Source: Macrostomum lignano | Lineage: Eukaryota | Length of the DNA: 64,000 nucleotides | Reading direction: 5' to 3' | Assembly (NCBI GenBank): GCA_002269645.1 | Contig: NIVC01000963.1 | Span: 124,001-188,000, forward strand | In this document: one piece after another, positions 1 through 11,804 of the stretch | How the letters are laid out: every line of letters begins with the position of its first letter | Position numbering within the stretch: position 1 is the stretch's first letter | Made by a program: the position numbers and the translations under genes | The notes under the pieces: generated by a model | Databases searched by the model: none | What the model was told of the DNA's origin: nothing | Seen by the model: only the letters and a program-made list of their open reading frames with translations

Positions 1-1719
1 AAAAACAAAGGCAGCAGTGCCGACCCCAACAATTACAGAGGAATCTGCATTCAACCAATTCTTGGCAAGCTGTTTTGCCAAATTATTAAATCCAGACTCG
101 AAAACCTAGCATACACAAACAATCTTATATCAAAATACCAATACGGTTTCAAGCCCAATCACAGCACAATCGACCAATGTTTTAATCTTTACAACATTAT
201 AAACCAATCCATCTACAACAAAGAAGAACTCTTTATTGGATTTGTTGACTATGAAAAAGCCTTCGATAGCTTAAATCAACCGACCCTTTGGTGCAAAACG
301 GATAATCAGGGTATTAAAGGTCAAATGATGGAACTTATCAAGAACATGCATAAAAATGCCTGCTTCATTCTAAAAAAAGATGATGATGATGATGAAACCC
401 AGCCAATCCCAATATCTAAAGGTGTTCTTCAAGGCAACCCTCTCTCTACCATTCTTTTTGAACTATATATTGACGACATTGTTGAATATCTGGAACTCTC
501 TAGCGCTAGGCGCTCTCTTACGAGATCTGCTTTCCCACTCATCCTACTCTTTGCAGACGATCAAGCCATTCTAGCTAAAAACAAAGACGAACTTCAAGAC
601 ACATTTACGACTATGGAAAATTACTGCAAACAAAATTACTTGAAAGTAAACGCAAGCAAAACAAAGTTTATGCAGGGCAATACCAGACAAAAAAACGACA
701 CAGATAGCATTGCTACAAAAATATACTACGACAACCAAGAAATAGAAGAAGTAAATGAATTTAAATACCTGGGAATTATTTTTGAACCAAAAAACAGCTT
801 TAAAAAATGTATTGAACACCAAACTAAGCAGGGATATACAGCCATGTTTTCCCTACTCCATAGGGTAAAGAATACGTCCCTAGACATCACACTCATTCGC
901 AGACTATTTGACGCGCTTGTTACCCCCGTTATCACTTACGGTTGTGAGCTCTGGGGCCCTCTGGCTACCATGTCTGATACAAAAGCTATTGATAATATTC
1001 AGCTGAAATTCTACAAATATCTCCTCAATCTACCAAAATTTGCTAGCAACAGTGTGATATCATCAGAACTTGAGCTTACTCCAATCTCTCAACGAATCGC
1101 TAAAACCTACCTCATCTACTGGCTGAAGATTAGACACAAAAAACTCTGCCAAACGACTCTAGAAATTTTCTACTCAAGCACCGGCCAAAAAAATCCATGG
1201 AAAATGAATGTACTAAAGAAACTAGAAAGTATAGACCTAAAAGCACTAACTGAAGATAAACTTTCCCAAAGCTTTAATAGCGAGAAATACCTAGTGAAAA
1301 AGCACCTCAAGATACACAGAGAAAGAGAACTTAGCCAAAAGCTAGAGAATCAGCAACATATTAAACTCTACAAAAACGCCTATCTCTACAAAAAAATCTG
1401 CAGGCCCGACCTTTCAGATTACTTCCCATGTACATTTAGAAACAAAAAATTCTTAACAACCCTCCTAAAACTGAAATGCGAGATTACACCCAACTTTTTT
1501 TCTCAAGAACCATGTAAATTGTGTGGAGCGCGAAATGGTTCTGACATTCTACACTACTTGACCGAATGTCCACAAACTGAAGAGATCAGGAAAAAATACT
1601 TCTGTCAATACCTCTTAAATAGCAATCAAATACACAAGATAGGATATGCTACAAATGAAAAAAGAGTCAGAAAAGAACTCACTGGTGTAGCTAAAATATA
1701 TGAAGTCATGAATAGCTAA
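1..1719 (+). mobile_element. Non-LTR retrotransposon ORF2, 3' part (RT, thumb, C-terminal CCHC); RTE/RTEX- or CR1/L2-group; cut at window edge
   Basis: Frame +1 is open from base 1 to the stop at 1717-1719. Motifs: DPNNYRGICI, QYGFKPNHST, FVDYEKAFDSL, KGVLQGNPLS, LLFADD, KYLGI, LFDALVTPVITYGCELWG, CKLCG..DILHYLTEC. The clade is tentative. Confidence 0.93.
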
Positions 1720-2085
1720 AACAGTTAAACAAACTGAATCAGATACATTAGCAGTGTAACAAATCCGCTTTTCAGTTGTTTATTCATTTACTGTCTTTTT
1801 TAATTCCCTATTTAAATCGTCGTTATTCGTTAAACGTAAAGTTCTTCCGAAGTATTGTTTATGTTCGTTTTTTCACGCTTTGAAATATCACGCGCTTTCA
1901 AAAATACTACATCTTTTTTTACAAACTCGCTTACCAAAGTAATCTCGCAATTAAAGCTATACCTCGTAATTTGTACTCATTTTTGTATTAATATTTATAC
2001 TCGTTGTTAGTTGTTAGTCGTCACTTTTCGTCCAAAAATACCGTAAAAATTCTGGCGCGCTTTCAAATACTTTATCTTTTACAAT

Positions 2086-2515
2086 AACTCTAACTCTTAC
2101 TACTACTAACTCGCGGCAAATCGTCTTTATAAACTTCTATTTCGAAAACTTTTCCAAATACATAGCTCTATAATATATTGGCCAAACAGGCTAATTGCCT
2201 GAGCCAAATTCTCTTACTACTCTTACTACTAACTCTAACTCTTACTACTACTAACTCGCGGCAAATCGTCTTTATAAACTTCTATTTCGAAAACTTTTCC
2301 AAATACATAGCTCTATAATATATTGGCCAAACAGGCTAATTGCCTGAGCCAAATTCTCTTACTACTCTTACTACTAACTCTAACTCTTACTACTACTAAC
2401 TCGCGGCAAATCGTCTTTATAAACTTCTATTTCGAAAACTTTTCCAAATACATAGCTCTACAATATATTGGCCAAACAGGCTAATTGCCTGAGCCAAATT
2501 CTCTTACTACTCTTC
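2086..2515 (+). repeat. Three tandem 145-bp copies of the probable LINE 3' terminus
   Basis: TCGCGGCAAATCG recurs at 2111, 2256 and 2401. Each unit carries a CAGGC-TAATT-GCCTG stem-loop followed by CTTACTA-type short repeats. Confidence 0.85.
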
Positions 2516-3292
2516 TTAGAAAGTATATCGTATTTCCTATAAAAACTTTTGCAAAAATATTGTTAAAAGGAAATACATAAATGGGTATTTTTCACATAGT
2601 GCCATGTTTTCATTATTTCTATAGGAGCCATAGAAATAGGAATTGCCATATTTAATAAAAAATTATAATAGTAGTAGGCCTACTAACTTGTACTAAGCCA
2701 TAACTTGGCATAAGACATAATATAACTTATATTTATAATAGCTACCTTTGATTTGAATCTCATGAATCTGAAATTCGTAAAATCTATGTATAAACTCTAA
2801 TCTTCAGTAATAGGGGCCTATATAGAATATTATAATGGTATGGTATGTCCTGTCAATTGATGTCAATTTAATAGTTTATTGTTGTCAAAAATAAATAAAT
2901 AAAAAATAGTTGATATGTTTAACTTTTTGAGCATCATGAAAAAAAGCAAAACAAAAAAATACAGCTTAGGCTTGGACTTATTAATTTTTATTTTAATAAA
3001 AGTGCTTACAACTTGGATTTAAATTGAACAATTTTAAAGTGGACAAACAAAATTGTCTTTTATGCCATATCTAAAATTGGTATAAGACCAAGATGGCCAC
3101 AACATTGAATATCTTTGGCTCTGCTCTCTTTTTATCATTAATTAGCAACATAGTAGCTATTTTTATATTAAATATCATGTTTAATCAATCATATTAATAA
3201 ATACTAATGCAATAATAGATTTGAAACTAATTACCTATAATACATGTAGGAATTTAAATGAATAAGGTGTAAAGGCAATGGTTCTTAATCTT

Positions 3293-4421
3293 AATATTAT
3301 TGCTAATAAGATAAGTTTGTAAGATAGGTCGAAGAAACTGCAACTGTTTGATTGGAGGTGCTTTATATTTATAGCTTTCTCATGGAACATTCCAGAAGAG
3401 AAAGTTTTCTATAAAAAGTTCACTCGTGAATTCAAGTTACTATATTTAGAATCATATATGGTATAGCAAGGAAATTTCTAGAATGAAATGTTTACTGCAT
3501 AAATGGCTGAAAGTTTTGCAAAGGTTTAGTACAAGGTCACTACAACAGTCCCCCCCCCCCTACCGGAGACAGAGTCCCAATAGAAAGCAAACTGACAAAA
3601 ATGTTGCAATTGATAGCATTGAGTGAATGGTAGTTTTCATTAATACATATACAGGTAGTACAAGCAGCTAGTCTACAGACTGTAAATTTAAAGTCCCAAG
3701 TTGGTGTAGCTGTATTCCTTTGGGTATGCAGCTTGGCTTCTGTTGAGTTGACGTAAGCAGCTGTGATTTCAACTTGTTTGAATTGATACATGTATATATA
3801 GTTGACTTAGAATTGCAGCCCCTATACCATTACAGATTTAAGCCAATTGTTGCTCCTTGTTTGAGGTTAGGTTTGGCCTTGCTTACAGTGGTAGCTATTG
3901 ATGATGGCGGAGACAAAATTACGTCTTGGCACAGACTGCTTAGCTGACGGCATTGGTTGAGCTAGAACAATTGGCAGTTGGCCCTGCTTCTAGTTGGTGG
4001 TAGCGCGCTTCTGGGTTGAACAACTTAGTAAGTGAACGCAGATATAGATAGGCCAACTAGGTGTGACAATACCTGCCTGGTGTCAATGTTTTGCTGCTTT
4101 GATGCTTGTTGGTTGAGTGCTCAGATTGCTACTTAGCAGGGTGTGCTGGATGCAAATAAAAAATATAAAAATATTATTGCTAATAAGATAGGTTTGTCAG
4201 ATAGGCCAAAGAAACTGCAACCATTTGATTGCGGGTGCTTTATATTTACAGCTTTCTCATGGAACATTCCAGAAGAGAGAGTTTTCTAGAAAGAGTTTGC
4301 ACAGGAATTCAAGTTACTATATTTAGAATCATATACGGTATAGCAAGGAAATTTCTGGGATGAAATGTTTACTGCATGAATGGCTGAAAGTTTTGCAAAG
4401 GTATAGTACAAGGTCACTACA
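3293..4421. repeat. Pair of diverged ~250-bp direct repeats (3293-3544 and 4170-4421)
   Basis: Both run from AATATTATTGCTAATAAGATA to TAGTACAAGGTCACTACA with scattered substitutions. Confidence 0.85.
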
Positions 4422-5749
4422 TACAAAAACTTTTATCTTTTTTAGTGTCTATGTCAATTTATTCCCTATCATTACATCTATCATATCCATCACTATATGT
4501 TTATTAAAAAACCAAATATTGCTACTAGTAATGCTATACAAAAATTTAGATAAATATGCAACAAGTCAAGGTATTTATTTTGTGTTCGGCCCTAGGCTAC
4601 TTGCTTGATGTAGTGAATAAATATCTATAGATCAAGCTATAATAAAAGCTAAAGCCAAAGGAATGACTATAATATAGCAGCCTAATATAATACAATTCTA
4701 ATATAGTATCTTTTTGGTATTTATTTCTCAAATTATTACCAATAGGAAATAAGTGAAATATATAGACCTAGGCTTATTATTATCTATTTAGACACTTAGA
4801 GCTGTGGCCATCTTGGTCATGAGCCCTAAAATTATATCCACAAACACAATGCAAATGAGTTTTGACTAGGCCTAATATGTGACTTTGTTTTATAATCTAT
4901 ATGCATAGGCTATACTAAATTCCTAAAAAATAAGACCTAGGTCCTAGGCTAAATAAAAAGCAAAACAAAATTTTCAATTGAATTTGTTATAAAATTTTAA
5001 ATAGATACTAAATATAAGGGCCTAAAGAGCAATCTTTTGGCTTTTTCTCTTGCTTGACTTTAGGCTTTAGGCTTCAGGCTTGATTTAGAAGTTGGATAAG
5101 TAGAAAATTTAGGCCAAGCATGAAATTTTGTGAAATTTTTAGTCAAGTATGATTGTGATTATGAACTTTAATTTATATTTTAATTTATACAAATGTAGTA
5201 ATGGTACCTTTATTTATAGGAAATGTTGTTTCTTAAACTAGCGCAAAAATTAATATTTTTTGTTAAAAAATATAAAATATTTACAATTTGTAAAATTTGT
5301 TTTAAATATTCTCAATTAACTAGTATAAATAGGAAAGAGGGTTAGAAGGATAAAAAGATAACTCATTCTTAGATCATTGCTATTTCCTAGAAGTTCTAAG
5401 AGTATTGTAAAGGTTGTCAGAATTTGGGAACTCATGCAAAGAAAGTATTAAGAGTAAGCACTGTGACACTCTAATATTAGTAACGCCTAAACTGGAGAAT
5501 AAAATATGTAGCTACCAGTAAAACTGCTTAGGCCACATATAGTATAAAAATGCTACCAGAACACTACTAAGAATGCCACTAGAACATTACTAAGAATGCT
5601 ACCAAAATATTATCAAGAATGCTACCAGAATGATACTGGGATTAGAAATTAGAAGTCAAGACTAATAGAATTTAGCACAGTATTTATGGAGAGAGAAATA
5701 GGCACAAGTACAATCCTTGGCATCAGCAGTTGGGATTTTAAGAGAAAGA

Positions 5750-6420
5750 AGTTAAACCCTGCAACAACTTAGGGCATATCAGAAGGGAGAACCAAAAGGC
5801 CTAATATACAAATCTAAATTATTTTCCTGCCAAATTTATGCCAAAATAGATATTATATACTATGGCAACCATCTAGGAGAAGATATATATTAAACTTGAC
5901 CAGCTAGTCCATTCAGCTTTTGATATAAGATAAAGCTTAAAATAAAGTTGTTAGTTGCCTATTTGTATAAACTGTTAAGTAAAAAATTACAATTCATAAG
6001 TTACTTCATTCAAAAGTTCATTCAAAACTTTTATTACTTTTGAAACACCCCTCATAATAGTAGGTCACCACCACTACTGTGGTAATATGCAAAAAAGGCT
6101 TTTAGATCTGAACAACTCTTCTTAATTTAGATTGATAAGGATTGCTTAATGTTTCTAAGGTCACAAAGTCCTAACTAGCTTAAGCTAATTTACTATGCTG
6201 AGACTAAGTATTGCATGTAGATCTCACTCTCATCTCACCATTTGCATTATGGCAGAGTACTCATAACCTAACCTTTCTATAATTTATTATCATTACTTCT
6301 TGGAGCTCCAGCTCCACTGGATGCTCTACAAATAGTTTTTAGAAGCAATGTGCATGTTGTGTGGTTGATATGGTAGGTAGGGCGTTAAGTTAAGATGGAT
6401 GCAGTCCCAGTCATTTTTGT
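5750..6420 (-). pseudogene. Possible highly decayed LINE reverse transcriptase relic
   Basis: Minus-strand fragments in RT order (NYRKVRL ~ NYRPVSL; MRGVSK ~ SGVPQG; NELLNEV ~ NDLP..V), broken by many stops. Weak. Confidence 0.25.
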
Positions 6421-6734
6421 ACTATAAATAAATGAGACGTGGTTAATGAGTGGTAGGTAGTTGTTGCATTTATCACTATAATTTAGTGAATTATGGAAAA
6501 ACTGTTGCCATTAGATTTAACATTATCAAAAGTTACAGGAGGTTATCAATTAGTTAGATATGAATATGGATGCAGATACATACATACAGATAGGCTATGG
6601 GACAAAATTATTGCAATAGATACAGCTATACGAATATGGATACACTTTTGGTACAGCAGAACTGTAATATTTCCATAGGCATATCTGTAGCTGCCATAGT
6701 TGCTATAGCACTCTGTAGTCACTAGCTGTAGCTA

Positions 6735-9320
6735 ATGCTGGATGGAGCACAAGCAAACCCTGTGTGCCGCTGGGGCCCGCAGGCCGAGCGCACCAGAGTC
6801 CTGTACCAGTCATTCCGGTCCAGCCGTTGTGGCTACTGCAACGATGAGACGGCCGTCACCGCCTGGATGGTGGGCTACTCGGTGCCTGTCGGGCTGTACC
6901 AGGAGCTCATGAACCACGGCTGGCAGCGGCTGGGGACCGCCTTCTCCGTGTGCAGCATGCCGGCCACCTGCTGTCCGCAGTACGCCTCGCGCACCGATGT
7001 GACTCGGTTCCAGCTGACCGCCTCCCAGCGGCGGACATTGCGGCGCGTGCTGCGGTTTGTTGGCGGCCGCTGCGGGCCCAAGCCGGACAAGCTGAGCGCA
7101 GCGGAACTGGTGGGTGCCTGGCATGGGTTTGGTTGCAGTTGTAGCTTGCATGGCGCCTTGAGCACTGCGGCAAATCCACTTATACTCTAGTCTAAGTAGT
7201 CATAAGTAGACTCACCCGGATGTGGTAGTTGGGTTCAGTGACTCAGACCCAGATGCTGTTGTTGGGTTCAGTGACTCAGACCCGGATGCTGTTGGGTTCA
7301 GTGACTCAGACCCGGATGCTGTTGGGTTCAGTGGCTCTGATCCAGATGCTGTTGGGTTCAGTGGCTCTGATCCAGATGTTGTTGGGTTCAGTGGCTCTGA
7401 TCCAGATGCTGTTGGGTTCAGTGACTCAGACCCGGATGCTGTTGGGTTCAGTGACTCAGACCCGGATGCTGTTGGGTTCAGTGACTCAGACCCGGATGCT
7501 GTTGGGTTCAGTGACTCAGACCCAGATGCTGTTGGGTTCAGTGACTCAGACCCGGATGCGGTGGGCCATCTCAGTTTCCATTCCTGTCACCCGCGCTCAA
7601 GGACGCCGAGGCCTTGGCAGAGGCGGAGCTGTCACTGGCCGCCGCGGGCCCGCCGGACAGCCGCAAGGCGCGGCATCTTCGTTGGCGGCGCCGGCTGGAC
7701 CGGCTGCGTCAGCGAGCCGCCAGCGCCGAGTCGCCCGACGCCGAGCTGAGCCGCCTGCTCGCCGAATCCGCCGCCCGTCGGCTTCGTCGTCGGCAACGAA
7801 ACTCGGCGCACTCGCTGGCCGACTACGCGCGGGCCTTCGCCAGGCTGGACCCCGGCCGCTTCCAGGTGCGCTGGCTGAGCCCTGACTCGCGCGAGCTGCA
7901 GGACTCGCTGCACGACGAGTACGCCTGCTACCTCACCTACCAGCAGTCCGTCCACCGCGATGTGGACTTCGACTGGAGCTTCCGGCACTTCTGCGATGTC
8001 ATGGTGAGCTTTAGGTCTGATGATGCGCATGATGTACTTATTATCTTCTGATTTTGAACTATCAGTTTAGAATTGGTTTTGAGATAATCGGATCGCAATC
8101 GCTTTTGACAGCTTTGGAGTGAAATTTCTTACTGTCGTCCATTTAAGATAAGATTTTAAGTCGCTTATTGGAGAGTGACATTTTTATTGCCTCTTTTTGT
8201 TGAGATTTTGAATTAACTGTCCATCTGAGGTGAGATTTTGAATTGGCTGTGCATCTGGGTGAGATTTTGAATGGCTGTGCATCTGGGTGAGATTTTGAAT
8301 TGGCTGTGCATCTGGGTGAGATTTTGAATTGGCTGTGCATCTGGGGTGAGATTTTGAATTGGCTGTGCATCTGGGTGAGATTTTGAATTGGCTGTGCATC
8401 TGAGGTGAGATTTTGAATTTGCTTATAAATCTGGGGTGAGATTTTGAATTGGCTTATAAATCTGGGGTGAGATTTTGAATTGGCTGTGCATCTAGGGTGA
8501 GATTTTGAATTGGCTGTGCATCTGGGTGAGATTTTGAATTGGCTGTGCATCTGGGGTGAGATTTTGAATTTGAGTAACTTTGGCCTCAGCTTAATTTCTT
8601 CCGCTTATCTGCGCATCGCGGACCCCCCGCCAGGTGAGCACCTGTCTGGCTGCCGAGCGCGCCACAGGCCGCGGCACGTACCACGTGCAGTACTGGCTGG
8701 GCGACCGCCTGCTTGGCGTGGACATTGTGGACGTGCTGGCGGACTCGGCCTCCTCCATGTACTTCTTCTACAACCCGGAGCTGCTGCGCCTGTCGCCCGG
8801 CAGCTTCAGCGCGCTGCACCTGCTGTCCCGCCTGAGCACCTGGCACCTCAGCTTCCCCCAGGGCCCGCCTATGCGCTACCTGTACCTCGGTTGCTATGTG
8901 CCCGGCAACCGCAAGCTGGCCTACAAGAGCGGCCTCAGGCCCTTCCAGCTGCTGTGCCCGGAGACCCGGCGCTGGTTCGACTTCGACACGGTCTGCCGAG
9001 GCCTGCTCCTTGCAAATGCTGGCAGCAAGTACGCCCGCTTCGCCCCGCCCGCCGCTGACCCGGCCGCGGCCGCCGCCCTGGAGGCTTCCTCGGCCGCTGC
9101 CGCCAGGGACGCCCTGAAAGTGCGGCTTCCCGGCCCGTCCGGCGGCCTCGTCCAGCCCAAATTCGTCGCCGTGAGGGATCTGCCGGACGGCGCGTTCGGC
9201 AGATCCACGGCCGCCGCGCTGGACCTGCTGGGCCAGCTGGCCGAGCTGGTGGGACCCGACGCCGCCAGGCAGCTCGCCGTGGTGCTGGAGGTCGCGCTGC
9301 TCTTGCAGGGCGGCGGCTAG
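6735..9320 (+). CDS. ATE1: Arginyl-tRNA--protein transferase; exons 6735-7109, 7602-8003, 8634-9320 (~487 aa)
   Basis: ATE_N motifs RCGYC, GWQRLG, TCCPQY; KARHLRWRRR basic segment; ATE_C motifs YQQSVHRD, GTYHVQYWLGDRLLGVDIVDVL, YFFYNP, YLYLG, KLAYK, LLCPET. All junctions are GT-AG, phase 0. Confidence 0.9.
7215..7560. repeat. 30-bp minisatellite in ATE1 intron 1
   Basis: Unit GTTGGGTTCAGTGACTCAGACCCGGATGCT, ~11 copies. Confidence 0.95.
8200..8572. repeat. 29-30-bp minisatellite in ATE1 intron 2
   Basis: Unit TCTGGGTGAGATTTTGAATTGGCTGTGCA. Confidence 0.95.
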
Positions 9321-9394
9321 CGGCTGCCCCTGCCATCTCACCGCAGGACTGAAGCCGTGCCCGCTGACTGATCGCAGGGATTGTCCTGGTTGCC

Positions 9395-10230
9395 TGCTCT
9401 ACCCATCCGCTCTCCATTCGTCCGCCCCTGCTCTCCACCTATCCGCCCCTGCTCTCCACCTATCCGCCCCTGCTCTCCACCCATCCGCCCCTGCTCTCCA
9501 TTCGTCCGCCCCTGCTCTCTACCCATCCGCCCCTGCTCTCTACCCATCCGCCCCTGCTCTCTACCCATCCGCCCCTTCTCTCTACCCATCCGCCCCTGCT
9601 CTCCACCCATCCGCCCCTGCTCTCTACCCATCCGCCCCTGCTCTCTACCCATCCGCCCCTGCTCTCCAACCATCCGCCCCTGCTCTCTACCCATCCGCCC
9701 ATGCTCTCTACCCATCCACCCCTGCTCTCTACCCATCTGCCCCTGCTCTCTACCCATCCGCCCATGCTCTCTACCCATCCGCCCCTGCTCTCCACCCATC
9801 CGCCCCTGCTCTCTACCCATCCGCCCCTGCTCTCTACCCATCCGCCCATGCTCTCTACCCATCCGCCCATGCTCTCTACCCATTCGCCCCTGCTCTCCAC
9901 CCATCCGCCCCTGCTCTCTACCCATCCGCCCATGCTCTCTACCCATCCGCCCCTGCTCTCCACCCATCCGCCCCTGCTCTCTACCCATCCGCCCATGCTC
10001 TCTACCCATCCGCCCCTGCTCTCTACCCATCCGCCCCTGCTCTCCACCCATCCGCCCCTGCTCTCTACCCATCCGCCCCTGCTCTCTACCCATCCGCCCC
10101 TGCTCTCTACCCATCCGCCCCTGCTCTCTACCCATCCGCCCCTGCTCTCTACCCATCCGCCCCTGCTCTCTACCCATCCGCCCCTGCTCTCTACCCATCC
10201 GCCCCTGCTCTCCACCCATTCGCCTGCTCT
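9395..10230. repeat. 21-bp minisatellite just 3' of the ATE1 stop
   Basis: Unit CCCATCCGCCCCTGCTCTCTA, ~40 copies. Confidence 0.95.
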
Positions 10231-11584
10231 CCATCTATCTGCTTTTCTATGGTGGCAAGCCGGAGGGAATTCCTGCGCTACAAACGCCCATATTTTCCTT
10301 TCTTAGAATTTTCTCACTCGTTAATCCTTAGCCTGCTTATCTAGCTTTGTCTCTTGTCTGTCTTTCACCGCTCATTGCTATTACTATATGCCCTCTGCCC
10401 ACTGTGTTCCGCATCCCTCGGCATCATGTGTAATACTCTTATATACTCATACAGATTATTCCGATCCACCTTTAATTGATTAAATTGATTGAAGTCAGGT
10501 GTGAATTTTATCCATTATTTTTTTACTCTGACTGTTGCACGATTCGTGATTCTCTACTGTTAGTAGTAGTTGGCTAGTTTTTGTTTTTGGGTTCGGCGAA
10601 GATTGGCCTAGTGGCTAGTATTAATTATTTTCTTTTAAATCTGCCCTGGGCCCAAGCCTCTGTCCAGTATTTTACTCTCATTCGCCGCCAGTCATTGGGT
10701 ATTCGCGTCCGTCGCTATTCAAGAATACACACCTCTGTTCCAATTCCCAATATTTCTTGACATTATTTGCCTCCTAGAATTTTACAGTAACCGTTTTTAT
10801 ATATTTACACACAGTATAACGCCATTGTTATTCACGATTGCACCGCGCCGTTGTGTGTGTGTGTGGATTTTAACTGTGATACAATATGATGTTTTGAATT
10901 TTCAAACTCAAATCCAATGCACTTTTGATGCGGGTTTCTTCTTTTTTTCTAACAATATTTCAAGTTGTATAAAAGTACCTTCTCCCGTAATGGGGCGTCT
11001 TGAAAGTCAACTCCACTGAGTTGACTGGCTTTAAGTTCTAATTGGCCCAGAGTTTTGATTGGCTCTGAGTTCTGATTGGTCTGACAAACGGGATTTTAAA
11101 TACGCACTCGATGGCGACTGCTGCAGCTCTGGTTGCATTTCGAGAGTGCTGCGCTTTCATATGTCGTAGGAGTTGCTGCAACAACACCTGCCCATATAGT
11201 TCAGACGCTTTTGCACAACTTTTTTGAGTCATCTGGCTGCTTGAAACCGACGCGTTGAATCTACTTGTAAATTTGCTGTAGGCTTCATGCTGCACAGTTG
11301 TGCCGCCCACGCCGTTGAAGTCGCGATGTCCTTCAGTCCCTAGGGGCTCTTAACTTTTTTTATGAGGTCGTTGAAGCAACCCAGGAACTAATTAGCACTG
11401 CAACTGGAACTGTCTGTCTGAGGCATCCCTGGACAAGGTAGCCAAGAAGCAAAGCTGTGGTTTTAAAAGTTTGAATTCCTCAACTGATTAGTCCCTGCTC
11501 AGAGCAATAGCTGCATAAAACACACCCTCGTACATGTACACAGTCTACGTAAGTGTATGAATTAGGGATACAAATTAATTGTTC

Positions 11585-11655
11585 CATGTGTGGAATCGAG
11601 AATCAAACCCGACCTTTCAGTCTTGAATCCAAGGCTCTGACCACTATAGTCTAGA
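11585..11655 (-). mobile_element. tRNA-like (SINE-head) remnant
   Basis: Minus strand TAGTGGTCAGAGC (A-box-like) and GGGTTTGATTCTC (B-box-like) at tRNA spacing; no clean cloverleaf. Confidence 0.35.
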
Positions 11656-11698
11656 ACCCTCTTCCTTCGTTTAACTACAGGTAAAATTAAGTAGGTAC

Positions 11699-11804
11699 GC
11701 CGAGCTCTATGAAGCCGCTCTTGTCAACGTCGAACATGCTGACCAACAGTCGGCGAGGAATCGGCGGGAGCGTATCTTTGTTCCAGGATTCCCAATCGGT
11801 CAGT
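11699..11804 (-). pseudogene. Isolated EF-hand-like exon or relic (penta-EF-hand-like)
   Basis: After an AG, translates ...RRLLVSMFDVDKSGFIELG, matching the D-x-D-x-S-G-x-I-E loop and the RLMVSMFD helix of sorcin/peflin/calpain domain VI. The donor is weak and no full gene could be assembled. Confidence 0.35.

Noticed and set aside
9338-10331. ORFs GREQGRM / LPIRPCS / WVESRGG
   Set aside because: Readings of a 21-bp minisatellite in several frames, with no unique coding content.
11038-11310. 90-aa minus-strand ORF
   Set aside because: No recognisable motif and no coherent exon chain.
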